A stretch of 33,103 bases of DNA from Octopus bimaculoides (Eukaryota), in contig NC_068992.1 of assembly GCF_001194135.2 (NCBI RefSeq), forward strand, positions 43,401,189-43,434,291, written 5' to 3'. The notes beneath the pieces are model-generated. The model searched no databases and was not told the DNA's origin. It saw only the letters and a list, made by a program, of their open reading frames with translations. This document shows, in pieces, positions 23,010-33,103 of the stretch (positions are counted from its first letter, which is position 1; each line of letters starts with the position of its first letter). A program made the translations under genes and the position numbers.

Positions 23010-23390
23010 ACCTACCTGTTGGAAGGTAAGTCTAGAGAGGACGCGGGTCAAAACTACGCGCCCTTCCCCTCCATTGGTCAGGTGGAGCTTAAATTGTGTC
23101 ACGTGGCAGTTAGCTGGCGCTGCCTGCTGATGCCTACCGGCGAGTACCTATAGGGGAATTGGGCATGGTGATCATTCACCCGCTGACACTCGTAGATGCT
23201 GCAGCGAAGCCACCAAAGAACAAAAGGCCAAAGAAAAAAGGAAAAAATGTACTCATCACCCAAAATGAAGACACATCCGAAAGTGGGGGCGGCGCCACGT
23301 CGAAATCGGTAGAGGAGTAGGAGACGAAACCGGACGTGGTTCCTCCTGATGATGTCCTGATGGATCCTATAAAGGAGCTGTTGAGGTAGC
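23010..23390 (+). pseudogene. GC-rich decayed coding fragment, probably a LINE ORF1 (gag-like) remnant
   Basis: Frameshifted reading ...NYAPFPSIGQVELKLCHVA / PADAYRRVPIGELGMVIIHPLTLVDAAAKPPKNKRPKKKGK... It is GC-rich relative to the flanks, with a basic low-complexity tail. The family assignment is a guess. Confidence 0.35.
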
Positions 23391-24639
23391 GAACCACGAA
23401 TCGCGGTTGGAATTCTTCATTTCTTCATTCATATTCTAGAACTACATTAAACAATATGACCATATCTTCTTAAAAATGACAAAAAGCATTCAAGATATAT
23501 TTCACTGTTATTTGTACCAATGACAGCCTAAAAGCTTCCTTGTTGTTTCGTATATTTTAGAGTGGAAGCCTGTGAAGGAAGGGAGAATTTATTAGCGTTT
23601 GCAGGTCATTTATGGACGTTATAATCACTACAAAATTCCTAATTCAAGACCACGACAAACCAAGGTGAATGTAAAGGTTACAATCAGAATATATTTCATG
23701 AAGACTTCCGGCTACTTTTCCAGAAACAGAGAAGTTATTGAACTAATGAAGATGTTTGACGAGTACAGCTCCACCTAACAATTAGTTACCAAAATCATTT
23801 TACAAGGAACTCACAAGGAGGAGCAGCTAAATCTCCCTCAAATCACAGCCCACCGTTGACCTTTATCGCCGTTGATCGACGATATTACAGAGATAGTAAC
23901 TCGACAACGTCAGCTGTACCTGAGGTTGACTCCAAATACATTTACCTACTCTCCGCTCATGGATCCACCATGAAGTATAGAAACTTCAATTCGTTCGCAG
24001 GGATGTCAGATATCCGTTAAGTATAACCGCACATATCTATATCAGGGTCTCTTCCTCTGGATTTTCTGTAGCAGTTTACTCATTTAGCCTTTCTTAAAGT
24101 TCTATAAATCACCCATCAAAGCAGCATGGGTTTCTTATATTAGTGAACATAGTTTGTGCAAAGCCAGTCGTCCCCTCTCTTCTGCTTAAGACTTGTACTG
24201 GTCTAACGCCATAAGAAATGTACTGATGGAATAATATAGTTTCAGTTACACTATGAAAGAGTAAACGAGATGGCTAATACCGGGATGTTTATCAACCAAG
24301 ATGTGCTTAAATAAAAATAAGTTAGACGAAACAACAACATACAGCAACTTGTAAATACTGGACAGAACCAGTTTTGTTTTAGAGAGTAGACGTAAACTAT
24401 TAGAATGCTCTCTTCCTCCTGTAAAAACTTCACAGCTTCTCTACTAGATAAATAAAAATTCAATATCGTGGTTGTGTGGTGAGAAACTTGTTTCCCAAGC
24501 ACACGTGGTGTGTGTGTGTGTGTGTGTGTGTGCATGCGTGTGTGTGTGTATGTGTGAAATAAATAAACACACAAATAAAATACTATAACATTGTTTCTAG
24601 CACAGAATACAAATTGGAGATTTTGGTTCAGTCCATACC

Positions 24640-24778
24640 ATCAACGCCATTAGATGGCTGGTACTTCAATGATCGATAGCAATTCAGCTTGAATTGAACT
24701 CAGTTTATAAAGAATCAGAAGAAAAACCGCTTGGCATCTTATCCGACGCGCTACCGATTCTGCCAGCTCGCTTCCCTT
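24640..24778 (-). mobile_element. SINE family A, internally deleted
   Basis: ttgaactcag...aaaccgct.ggcat...cgattctgccagctcgc. Confidence 0.7.
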
Positions 24779-24804
24779 AATGCAAGTAAATAATAATTCT
24801 CTCT

Positions 24805-24965
24805 CTAAGATGGTCAGCTTGGCAAAATTATTAGCGGCATTTAGTCCGTCTTTATGCTATGAGTTCAAATTCCGCCGAGATCGGGTTTTAGCTTTCATCC
24901 TTTCGGGGTCGATAAGATAAGTGCTAGTTGAATACTGGGATAAATGTAAACGATTAACCCCTAAC
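24805..24965 (+). mobile_element. SINE family A copy
   Basis: ttagcggcatt..gtccgtcttt...gagttcaaattccgccgag...ctttcatcctttcggggtcgataa. Confidence 0.8.
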
Positions 24966-25589
24966 CCCGTCCTCGTACTGAGAAATGTATGCATTTCTAG
25001 TTTTTTTGTTTTGTTTTGTTTTTTGTTTTGTTTTGTTTTACATAATTACTCAATTCAAATTAAATGAATTTAATTTTTAGAAAGCATGAGCAAAACCAGA
25101 GTACGGTTAGTTTTTTTCGACGGCAGGATTCTTGTTTGAATTATTTTGCAATTTTTCTGTTATAGTTTCAGTACCTTTCCCGTTCTATTTGAAAGGATGT
25201 GGCCCTATACAAAACTTGTGTCTTATACAAGACATATATTTATTTCCGTCTTGACACGACAGAAATCGAAGAGTAGACCTGCATTATGGAACCATACATA
25301 CTTACATACATGTATACAACAATATATAGACAGACAAACAGACAGCTTGACAAATAGACAGAGAGACACAGGTAATGGCTGCAATTATATTTCTTTCAAT
25401 GCCATCGGTTGTTTGATTTCTTTACCATAAACAGTACGGATGTGGTTTTTCAGTCCTGCTAGGGACCTACACTTTTACACTGATTTTGCAACGATAGCCG
25501 CCTCTTAGAGTAGGTGTGCATTGAGCTTACTATCTACGTGGAAACATGTCTTCTCTCCATCATGGACTTTCACATTATGTTTTTCTTTT

Positions 25590-25925
25590 TCCTGTGTTAC
25601 GGATAGAAAATTAAGCAACTCAAAATGGAGATGTTAACAAAGATGTTAAAAATCAAATTATGTCTATGCTTGAAGCTTTTTACAATGAAAGAAAATAAAC
25701 TACGAACAATTGTTTCGAAACCTCCAGCTTCTATACCCAGATTGTAAACTCGAATTTGTACTAATAATAATGAATTCACTTGGTTTCGTGAGTAAATGCC
25801 TGAGTGGCAATCTGGATAATCTAGGGTTTTGTAAAAAAGAAGCCAACTAGCTAAATCGCACATTGCAAATACATTCTGTGTGCGGAACAGTTAAAATATG
25901 CAAGATTTTACTCAGTTTCAGAATG
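25590..25925 (+). mobile_element. RLE (R4-like) retrotransposon C-terminal fragment
   Basis: KKINYEQLFRNLQLLYPDCKLEFVLIIMNSLGFVSKCLSGNLDNLGF...LQIHSVCGTVKICK; the same motif family as 29095-29545. Confidence 0.7.
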
Positions 25926-26093
25926 GGGATTTTATCTACGTCCTAAAGATAGAGCTTTATACCTTTTTTGAAACCAGCTTTTTCCTTACAGAATGAATTA
26001 AAATAATTAATAACAGTAGAAAGCATAGATACATACATACATACATACATAAATGCACACATACATTACATATATATATATATATATATATAT

Positions 26094-26658
26094 NNNNNNN
26101 NNNNNNNNNNNNNNNNNNNNNNNNNNNNNNNNNNNNNNNNNNNNNNNNNNNNNNNNNNNNNNNNNNNNNNNNNNNNNNNNNNNNNNNNNNNNNNNNNNNN
26201 NNNNNNNNNNNNNNNNNNNNNNNNNNNNNNNNNNNNNNNNNNNNNNNNNNNNNNNNNNNNNNNNNNNNNNNNNNNNNNNNNNNNNNNNNNNNNNNNNNNN
26301 NNNNNNNNNNNNNNNNNNNNNNNNNNNNNNNNNNNNNNNNNNNNNNNNNNNNNNNNNNNNNNNNNNNNNNNNNNNNNNNNNNNNNNNNNNNNNNNNNNNN
26401 NNNNNNNNNNNNNNNNNNNNNNNNNNNNNNNNNNNNNNNNNNNNNNNNNNNNNNNNNNNNNNNNNNNNNNNNNNNNNNNNNNNNNNNNNNNNNNNNNNNN
26501 NNNNNNNNNNNNNNNNNNNNNNNNNNNNNNNNNNNNNNNNNNNNNNNNNNNNNNNNNNNNNNNNNNNNNNNNNNNNNNNNNNNNNNNNNNNNNNNNNNNN
26601 NNNNNNNNNNNNNNNNNNNNNNNNNNNNNNNNNNNNNNNNNNNNNNNNNNNNNNNNNA
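26094..26658. other. Assembly gap (N-run)
   Basis: N characters following (TA)n. Confidence 1.
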
Positions 26659-26802
26659 AAATGGAAGAACAAAAATTATTTGAAGTTTTAGAAATATATG
26701 AATAAAGTAATATTTTAAAATTAAGGTGGAAAAATTACTTTCATTTAGCAACATATAAAAGACGCCATTAAGAAACAGCTGAGCATTATATATTTGATGT
26801 TT

Positions 26803-27017
26803 AAGGCGGCGAGCTGGTAGAAACGCTAGGACGCCGGGCGAAATGCTTAGCGGTATTTCGTCTATCTTAATGTTCTGAGTCCAAATTCCGCCGAGGTCGA
26901 CTTTGCCTTTCATTCTTTCGGGGTCGATAAATTAAGTACCAGTTGCATACCTGAGTTGATCTAATCGACTGGCCCCCGCCCCATAAAATTTCGGGCCTTG
27001 TGCCTAGAGTAGAAAAG
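26803..27017 (+). mobile_element. SINE family A, well-preserved copy with 17-bp TSD
   Basis: aaggcggcgagctggtagaaacg...gaaatgcttagcggtatttcgtc...; flanks attatatatttgatgtt (26785-26801) and attataaatttgatgtt (27018-27034). Confidence 0.9.
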
Positions 27018-27829
27018 ATTATAAATTTGATGTTCGATGTAAGAACAACGATGGAGTATTAAAACTAAAATGTACAGTTAATACAGAAACATTAGACACA
27101 CACACATACACAGACATGCACACATGTGTGCGTGTATGTGTGTGTGTGTGAAGGCACGTCGACGGTCTTGTTAATTTCACGTTGTTCCAATCCGTTTAAC
27201 TGTAAATGCCTAACCCTGTAACAGAGCAGCCTTCCGATCAGAGGGCATGCTGGCCGATTCGCATAGCCAGTGGATTGACTTCATTCGAAAGATAAGAAAT
27301 CATTAAGCGCATTGTGACCAGCGATGTATAACAATATCCGATAATCTGATTAATACCGTGATACGAATACGAAGTCGATCAATGCAAAACTTCAAAGCCA
27401 CTCCTCTGAGCTGGAGTGCACATCGGGTAGTTTGCGGCCATGTTTCCTGGCCTCATTGAACAGATTTTACCCATTTTGAACACCCGTTAGGAAGAAGTTA
27501 TTCTTTAACTCGACCTTTTTTCCATTTCTTGGAGCAAACCCTGTCGGTGGTTCACTACCACTCCTTTCCAACACAATATGGCCTTTTCTGCAATGGAAGA
27601 AGGAATTCCTGTACTTTACATATCGACCGTGGAAACTTGCGAAATTTGAACTCTGAAGGCTGAGTTGTGACAGTTAACGACAGGATCATTGTCCGGCACA
27701 CCAACGATTCTAAGTAATCGTGTTACCCACTTGGGTCTAGACTATTTTTCACGCTATATGAACTAGCTTCCATAAAAGACAAAATTCAAATCACAAGAAA
27801 CTATTCTCCACTTTCTGTCCTTAGTTTTT

Positions 27830-29095
27830 CCATTAAAACATACCTTTTGTTTTTTAATCCATCTTTACATTCCACATCGAATAATTATTGAAGAAGGTAG
27901 AGTAATACTGGTAATTTTGAGGTTACATGGAACGTAATGGGAAAGAGAATACTGCTTGAGGAGTTCACTAGCGACTCGTAAGCAATTGTTCTCTTCACAT
28001 ATCTGAACTTACGTTATGTCTTTCGTTGCTTTAGATTACAATATGAATGTTTTGGGACTATACGAAACGGAAAGACTGTCTTATTTGATCGTTAAACCTC
28101 TTCCGTACATATTTCCCTGAAATAAAGCCCTTTGATATCACTATTTCTGTAAAAGTTCCCTTTCTGATATCTAGCTTTTGGGAGTTTAATATAAAGCAAA
28201 TGCGTACGCTTCTATCATATTGATATTAATAATGTTACTGTAAACACATTACTGGATATTTATTACTAGATATTTTCTCCAGACGACAAGAAAGCTCTGG
28301 CTTATCTGTAAGTTTTTGTATGTCTGGAATAATACGATTGGTCATTCTAGCTTGGTTCGCAGCACCTCTGTAGCATTCAATTCCGTCAACAATTTGATAT
28401 TTATAGCAACCAATATCATTAATGTGGGTTTCGGAAATATTTCTTCTGTGTTCGTCTGTTAAATATTAACATTTCTGTTGATCAAATTCCATTCCTTCAT
28501 TAAGTGCAAATAGTGTTACTTTAGTTATTAGCTTCTCTGTACAATAAACATTTTCTGCGTAGTTCTTTAATTTGCCTGCAAAGAAATTAGAGATAACAAT
28601 GTTGTCACCCGATGTTGTAGAAATTTACACAACTGCATTGAATTTTTTTAAATAAATGACTGTGGGAATCGAACCAAAATAAACAGAAAAATAGACATTT
28701 TGTCGCCTAGGAATATTCTTTTTGAAACATTTATAACATCGATGAAATTATTTTGCATTCAGCTACAAATTTGAGAGTTGTTGACCAAATCTTTGTGAAC
28801 TTTACAGTGGCAACAGCTAGAACAGCAGGGGGCTCCAACAAACACAATCGGAACCGAATCGAATGCCTTTCTATTGCCAAGCCATACTGTCATCAGGTTT
28901 CAACAGAGATTTCTTACTTGGGACTGCACAACTTATTTATTTCCCAATATTTATTCACCACAGCGGACATTTTCCCTTACCTATTCATCAATCACTGCTT
29001 TCTTGGAATCGCAATGTTCAGAGAAGAATTAGTTAACACAGTTTGTATAAAGGTCATACATAACGTTTAGACCAACATTTGTCCAGGAATGAAAA
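27830..29095 (-). mobile_element. R4/Dong-like reverse transcriptase domain, degenerate
   Basis: In order: LNVMYDLYT, NLMTVWLGNRKAFDSVP, RIFLGDKMSIFLF (cf. GIFQGDSLS), NFFAGKLKNYA (cf. LF.DDLKLYA), GMEFDQQKC, GRGL. Multiple stops and frameshifts. Confidence 0.85.
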
Positions 29096-29545
29096 CACTA
29101 CCATGTCAGTTTTCCACTTAAATATTTACTAACGTAGCCAAGTACGTCAATAATTATAAGTATAAATGTCATTTTATAATCTGGACAGAGAAGTTGGTGC
29201 TTTCGACAGAGCAATTCCCCACTGCACATTTACAGAGCGGTTGACCACTGTAACAATACAAAATTTTATATTTTCTGTACAAAACAACTAATCAAACCAG
29301 TTATGTCTCCATTTGGTGTCAGTCTTGTTGGAAATATTCCAGTAATATCTCTTTCTAGTGGAACATGTGTATACTCAACAACAGAAATGCACGATCTTTC
29401 TCAAGGTAGTCTTTCCTCCATACAGACAGCGCTGAGTGTTCTGTTAGAAATAACATCGTCGTGCGTTGGAATAAAAGCTGCTGACGAATTGTAATATCTT
29501 TCACAAAAATATGATGTAATCGATATTTTTCGTCTCATCTTGGGA
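29095..29545 (-). mobile_element. RLE endonuclease-domain fragment lying 5' of the RT fragment
   Basis: YWNISNKTDTKWRHN.FD..., LLCPDYKMTFILIIIDVLGYVSKYL match the RLE C-terminal region. Confidence 0.65.
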
Positions 29546-29613
29546 CTATTTCATTCTTTTATTCTCTTCTGCCATTAGACTGCAGTCATACTGGGGTACG
29601 GCGAGTATCACAT

Positions 29614-29684
<71 letters not shown>

Positions 29685-30350
29685 NNNNNNNNNNNNNNNN
29701 NNNNNNNNNNNNNNNNNNNNNNNNNNNNNNNNNNNNNNNNNNNNNNNNNNNNNNNNNNNNNNNNNNNNNNNNNNNNNNNNNNNNNNNNNNNNNNNNNNNN
29801 NNNNNNNNNNNNNNNNNNNNNNNNNNNNNNNNNNNNNNNNNNNNNNNNNNNNNNNNNNNNNNNNNNNNNNNNNNNNNNNNNNNNNNNNNNNNNNNNNNNN
29901 NNNNNNNNNNNNNNNNNNNNNNNNNNNNNNNNNNNNNNNNNNNNNNNNNNNNNNNNNNNNNNNNNNNNNNNNNNNNNNNNNNNNNNNNNNNNNNNNNNNN
30001 NNNNNNNNNNNNNNNNNNNNNNNNNNNNNNNNNNNNNNNNNNNNNNNNNNNNNNNNNNNNNNNNNNNNNNNNNNNNNNNNNNNNNNNNNNNNNNNNNNNN
30101 NNNNNNNNNNNNNNNNNNNNNNNNNNNNNNNNNNNNNNNNNNNNNNNNNNNNNNNNNNNNNNNNNNNNNNNNNNNNNNNNNNNNNNNNNNNNNNNNNNNN
30201 NNNNNNNNNNNNNNNNNNNNNNNNNNNNNNNNNNNNNNNNNNNNNNNNNNNNNNNNNNNNNNNNNNNNNNNNNNNNNNNNNNNNNNNNNNNNNNNNNNNN
30301 NNNNNNNNNNNNNNNNNNNNNNNNNNNNNNNNNNNNNNNNNNNNNNNNNN
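29685..30350. other. Assembly gap (N-run)
   Basis: N characters between (TA)n runs. Confidence 1.
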
Positions 30351-30395
<45 letters not shown>

Positions 30396-30519
30396 GTATA
30401 TGTATGTATATGCATGTATATACATATATAGATATGCAAGCGCTTTCAGTTCTTGACGTTTTCAAGCACGTGTTATTATATATAGTGAAAGTTGTTTTCA
30501 GTAAAATTGTTGTTGACTA

Positions 30520-31030
30520 TTTCCGGTTTAGTTTCAGACTCAGAAATCTTATGAAATATTGTTGTTTTGCCTTCCAGAGAAGGTCGTTCTCTTCATTTAT
30601 TTTATGAAGAGGGAAAATTGTAAATTATCCTTGTGTATAGGGGGTCAAATGATCGCTACATGGTATGTATCTAAGTGCGAAATGTTTTATTTGATGTCTG
30701 TGCACATTTATACGGTTGGTTAGTTTCGTTTTTGTTTGCCCAATATAATGTTCGTTGCATCGTGGGCATGTGATACAATATATCAGGTTTTTGCTTTTGC
30801 AGTTCTTTTCCATTCTTGAATTTTTGTGCTGGTCCCTGTTCTATGAAATCATGTCCCACATCGGGAGGCCTCCTCATTTGGTAACTTGCATCATTTCGGA
30901 ATGCCATACAGGTTACTGGTTTTTACTTCAAACTTTTGGTCCAATGTCCAGACGCCTGTCGTATATGTAAGAGATGTGGGTTCGTTTTCCATGGGTAGAC
31001 TTTGCTATCCGAAAGGCTTTTAGTCAAATA
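30520..31030 (-). mobile_element. Penelope-like element GIY-YIG endonuclease fragment
   Basis: CKSKNLIYCITCPRCNEHYIGQTKTKLTNRINVHRHQI...FTIFPLHK...YFIRFLSLKLN*; a clear PLE GIY-YIG, frameshifted upstream. Confidence 0.9.
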
Positions 31031-31090
31031 TTTATACGCTGTTATTTATAGTTTTATCAGCTTCGAGTTTTAACTTTCCAAAGAAGAATG

Positions 31091-31132
<42 letters not shown>

Positions 31133-31232
31133 NNNNNNNNNNNNNNNNNNNNNNNNNNNNNNNNNNNNNNNNNNNNNNNNNNNNNNNNNNNNNNNNNNNN
31201 NNNNNNNNNNNNNNNNNNNNNNNNNNNNNNNN
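31133..31232. other. Assembly gap (100 N) after (GATA)n
   Basis: N characters. Confidence 1.
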
Positions 31233-31418
31233 CCCATAATTGCCTACGGGCATATGGCGTAGTGGTTAAGAGCGCGGGCTATCGTTAGGAATGAGAACCC
31301 AGGTACGAAATTTCCCCAAGACACTTGACGAAGGCTGGAGGGTATATCAGCCGAAACGTTGTGTTAACAACAAACAAGATGAGGACAAATATCCGTCAAA
31401 TGTAAATAATGTAAATAA
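31233..31418 (+). mobile_element. Composite tRNA-head + hammerhead repeat, copy 1 (head truncated)
   Basis: cccataattgcctac-gggcatatggcgtagtggttaagagcgcgggcta, then aggtacgaaatttccccaagacac...gtaaataa; near-identical to the reverse complement of 32807-33103. Confidence 0.85.
31320..31365 (+). ncRNA. Minimal type-I hammerhead, C3-to-U variant
   Basis: GACAC-TTGACGA-A-GGCTG(gagggtatat)CAGCC-GAAAC-GTT-GTGTT. The core reads UUGACGA instead of CUGACGA. Confidence 0.7.
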
Positions 31419-32160
31419 CTGGTTTATTATGTTATTGTTATATCTGGTTTATTATTTTTTATTTTCTTAAACGCTTGTATTGGAAAATGCCATAAAATCT
31501 TGCATTTTCCCGACTCAAGCACCCTTTCAACCCGATGATCATACCAAGTACTTCCAGCTTCAAGTCCTCATTTTTTACTGAGCTTCCAGTGCAAATCTTT
31601 CACAACTTGGTTATGCCTCCATTTCGTATAGCCTCTCTGGGGTAACTTGGAACTTTCTGCAACCTTTTGTGCCATTGTCTATTCCCAAATTCCAGATGCA
31701 CTACATTATGTTGACAGCTCCCCATACACATAAATTCAGAAGTTGATTGTTTTCAACGCTCGATCTTGAGCTGCTATAGTAAGGCTAATGAAGTACAGGT
31801 TTTTTCTTCCAAATACATCATTAGCTTTCCAAAACTGACCAAACGAATATTTCTCTTTAATTTGTTTAATATGCTCTCTTTGAATTTCACCCTTATCCTT
31901 TTCTCCTATCCTACACTTGATCACCATTTCTTTATTCACAGCCTTCAGTAATATCTCGATGCTGTTCTATAAATATTCTAGCAGACGTTTTCCTTTCATT
32001 TGTACACACATTTTCAAAGCAAATAAGACTCTTCCACCCTGGTCTCTCTTCAAGTTCAATCGGTTAATATCAGCTTTCGGTCTAATGGCAGGCTCTGTAC
32101 ATAGTCAACAGCTTTCTAGTATTTTATAGCAAATGTAATCGCTTGCTACTTTATTTCCAT
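31419..32160 (-). mobile_element. R4/Dong-like fragment: thumb, CCHC region and start of RLE
   Basis: TRKLLTMYR..HPKADINRL..R.QGGR, IAAQDRALKT, KWRHNQVVKDLHWKL, WYDHRVERVLES.KCKILWHFPIQ...NNKPDITI, largely in frame. Confidence 0.88.
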
Positions 32161-32164
32161 TATT

Positions 32165-32175
32165 ATTATATATTA

Positions 32176-32245
<70 letters not shown>
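32165..32245. repeat. (ATT)n microsatellite
   Basis: Directly visible. Confidence 0.95.
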
Positions 32246-32577
32246 GAAAGCTATTTCCTAGGATTCAGTATTTTTCTATAAACATAAAGTTCTTGCATGA
32301 AATCTTCAAAAGAGTATCAAAGTACGTTTCTAAATATGCATAATAGATGAGGAGATTCCTGAACTAGAATTAAAGTATTGTGTTGATGTCACATCAAGAA
32401 TTACCAGCATCTAGAAGGTGACTGAGGTGAAACGGACAATACAGCGTGACAAGTAACATAATGAGGCAAGCTTCGAGCAATTACCAACAGACTATTTTGC
32501 TAGAAATAAAGTATTAAGAGATCACATTAACCATAAGGAGCAGAAAGTATAGTCTAGATATTATACATACAAACATA

Positions 32578-32587
32578 NNNNNNNNNN
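32578..32587. other. Small assembly gap (10 N)
   Basis: N characters. Confidence 1.
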
Positions 32588-32639
32588 ACGAGCCACATAC
32601 TTGCCATGCAGAGGTTTCTGTTCCTATCTGCTAGCTATA

Positions 32640-32806
32640 TTATTATTATTATTATTATGAAAGACTCTCTTACCGGTTATTCTTTATTTGAAAGCAATCC
32701 ATAACAAATCACCAAAGGTTTCAAGTTGTGCCTTCTCCTGTGACTCAAAAAGACAATACACTCCTTAGAAAGTGAGCTCTATTATTGTTATATCTGGTTT
32801 ATTATG
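32640..32806 (-). mobile_element. Probable R4-like 3' terminus (HNKPDITII, then 3' end and (TAA)n)
   Basis: The minus strand starts cat aat aaa cca gat ata aca ata ata (HNKPDITII), the same site at which 31419-32160 ends, and finishes in ataataataat. Confidence 0.5.
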
Positions 32807-32892
32807 GTTCTATATTTAAGAGATGAGGAATTATTAACATTATTTACATTATTTACATTTGACGGATATTTGTCCTCATCTTGTTTGTTGTT

Positions 32893-32938
32893 AACACAAC
32901 GTTTCGGCTGATATACCCTCCAGCCTTCGTCAGGTGTC
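32893..32938 (-). ncRNA. Minimal type-I hammerhead ribozyme with intact core
   Basis: GACAC-CTGACGA-A-GGCTG(gagggtatat)CAGCC-GAAAC-GTT^GTGTT. Helix I GACAC/GUGUU, 5-bp stem II, loopless palindromic helix III (AACGUU). Predicted cleavage between 32898 and 32897. Confidence 0.8.
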
Positions 32939-33006
32939 TTGGGGAAATTTCGAACCTGTTACTATTATTATATTATTATTATTATTATTATTATTACTAT
33001 TATTAA

Positions 33007-33082
33007 TCAGGTCGCTGCCGTGAATCGAACTCGGAACCTTGGGGTTAGTAGCCCGCGCTCTTAACCACTACGCCATATGCCC
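33007..33082 (-). ncRNA. tRNA-derived (pseudo-tRNA) Pol III head with A and B boxes
   Basis: GGGCATA-TGGCGTAGTGG (A box)...CTACTAA loop...GAGTTCGATTC (B box). The acceptor stem does not pair, so this is not a functional tRNA. Confidence 0.75.
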
Positions 33083-33103
33083 GTAGGCAATTATGGGGTG
33101 AAT

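Larger units (their letters stand above)
32807..33103 (-). mobile_element. Composite tRNA-head + (TAA)n + hammerhead repeat, copy 2
   Basis: Minus strand: leader cccataattgcctac, tRNA-like 33082-33007, (TAA)n 33006-32959, HHR module 32958-32807. Confidence 0.88.

Noticed and set aside
27380-27640. Possible LINE 3' fragment (NNFFLTGV..*NL on the minus strand)
   Set aside because: The similarity is too short and weak to assign.
28860-28905. Minus-strand CTGATGA...GAAA as a hammerhead
   Set aside because: No stem II pairing, and it lies inside RT coding sequence (NLMTVWLGNRKAF).
28753-29070. 105-aa plus-strand ORF as a gene
   Set aside because: It is the antisense shadow of the decayed RT on the minus strand.
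29546-30607. Long ORFs (200-330 aa) here and at 3397-4013 and 25957-26913
   Set aside because: They are open only because they span N-gaps and TA/CT microsatellites.
33007-33082. Functional tRNA gene (anticodon loop CTACTAA)
   Set aside because: The acceptor stem is unpaired, the anticodon stem is only partly paired, and it is followed by (TAA)n; this is a SINE-type head.

Overview
AT-rich, microsatellite-dense eukaryotic non-genic DNA with six N-gaps. The SINE and LINE families resemble those of coleoid cephalopods (Octopus-like); that assignment is from recall, not a search. No host protein-coding exon could be supported, and most track ORFs are microsatellite, N-run or antisense artefacts. 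The window is a mosaic of decayed retroelements: at least seven pieces of restriction-like-endonuclease (R4/Dong-type) non-LTR elements, mostly abutting (TAA)n; two Penelope-like GIY-YIG fragments; CR1-, RTE- and Tx1/L1-like LINE fragments; and about 15 copies of two tRNA-derived SINE families. The most interesting signal is RNA-structural, with several type-I hammerhead ribozyme (HHR) motifs: (i) a 329-bp foldback element (139-bp inverted arms, TA-flanked, 13396-13724) whose central loop is a near-canonical hammerhead; (ii) two inverted copies of a composite made of a tRNA-like Pol III head plus a minimal hammerhead (31233-31418 +, 32807-33103 -), one with an intact core; (iii) two degenerate HHR-like motifs in Penelope-type repeats. 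A perfect 42-bp palindrome lies at 20972-21013. All translations and alignments were done by eye, and TE boundaries are approximate.
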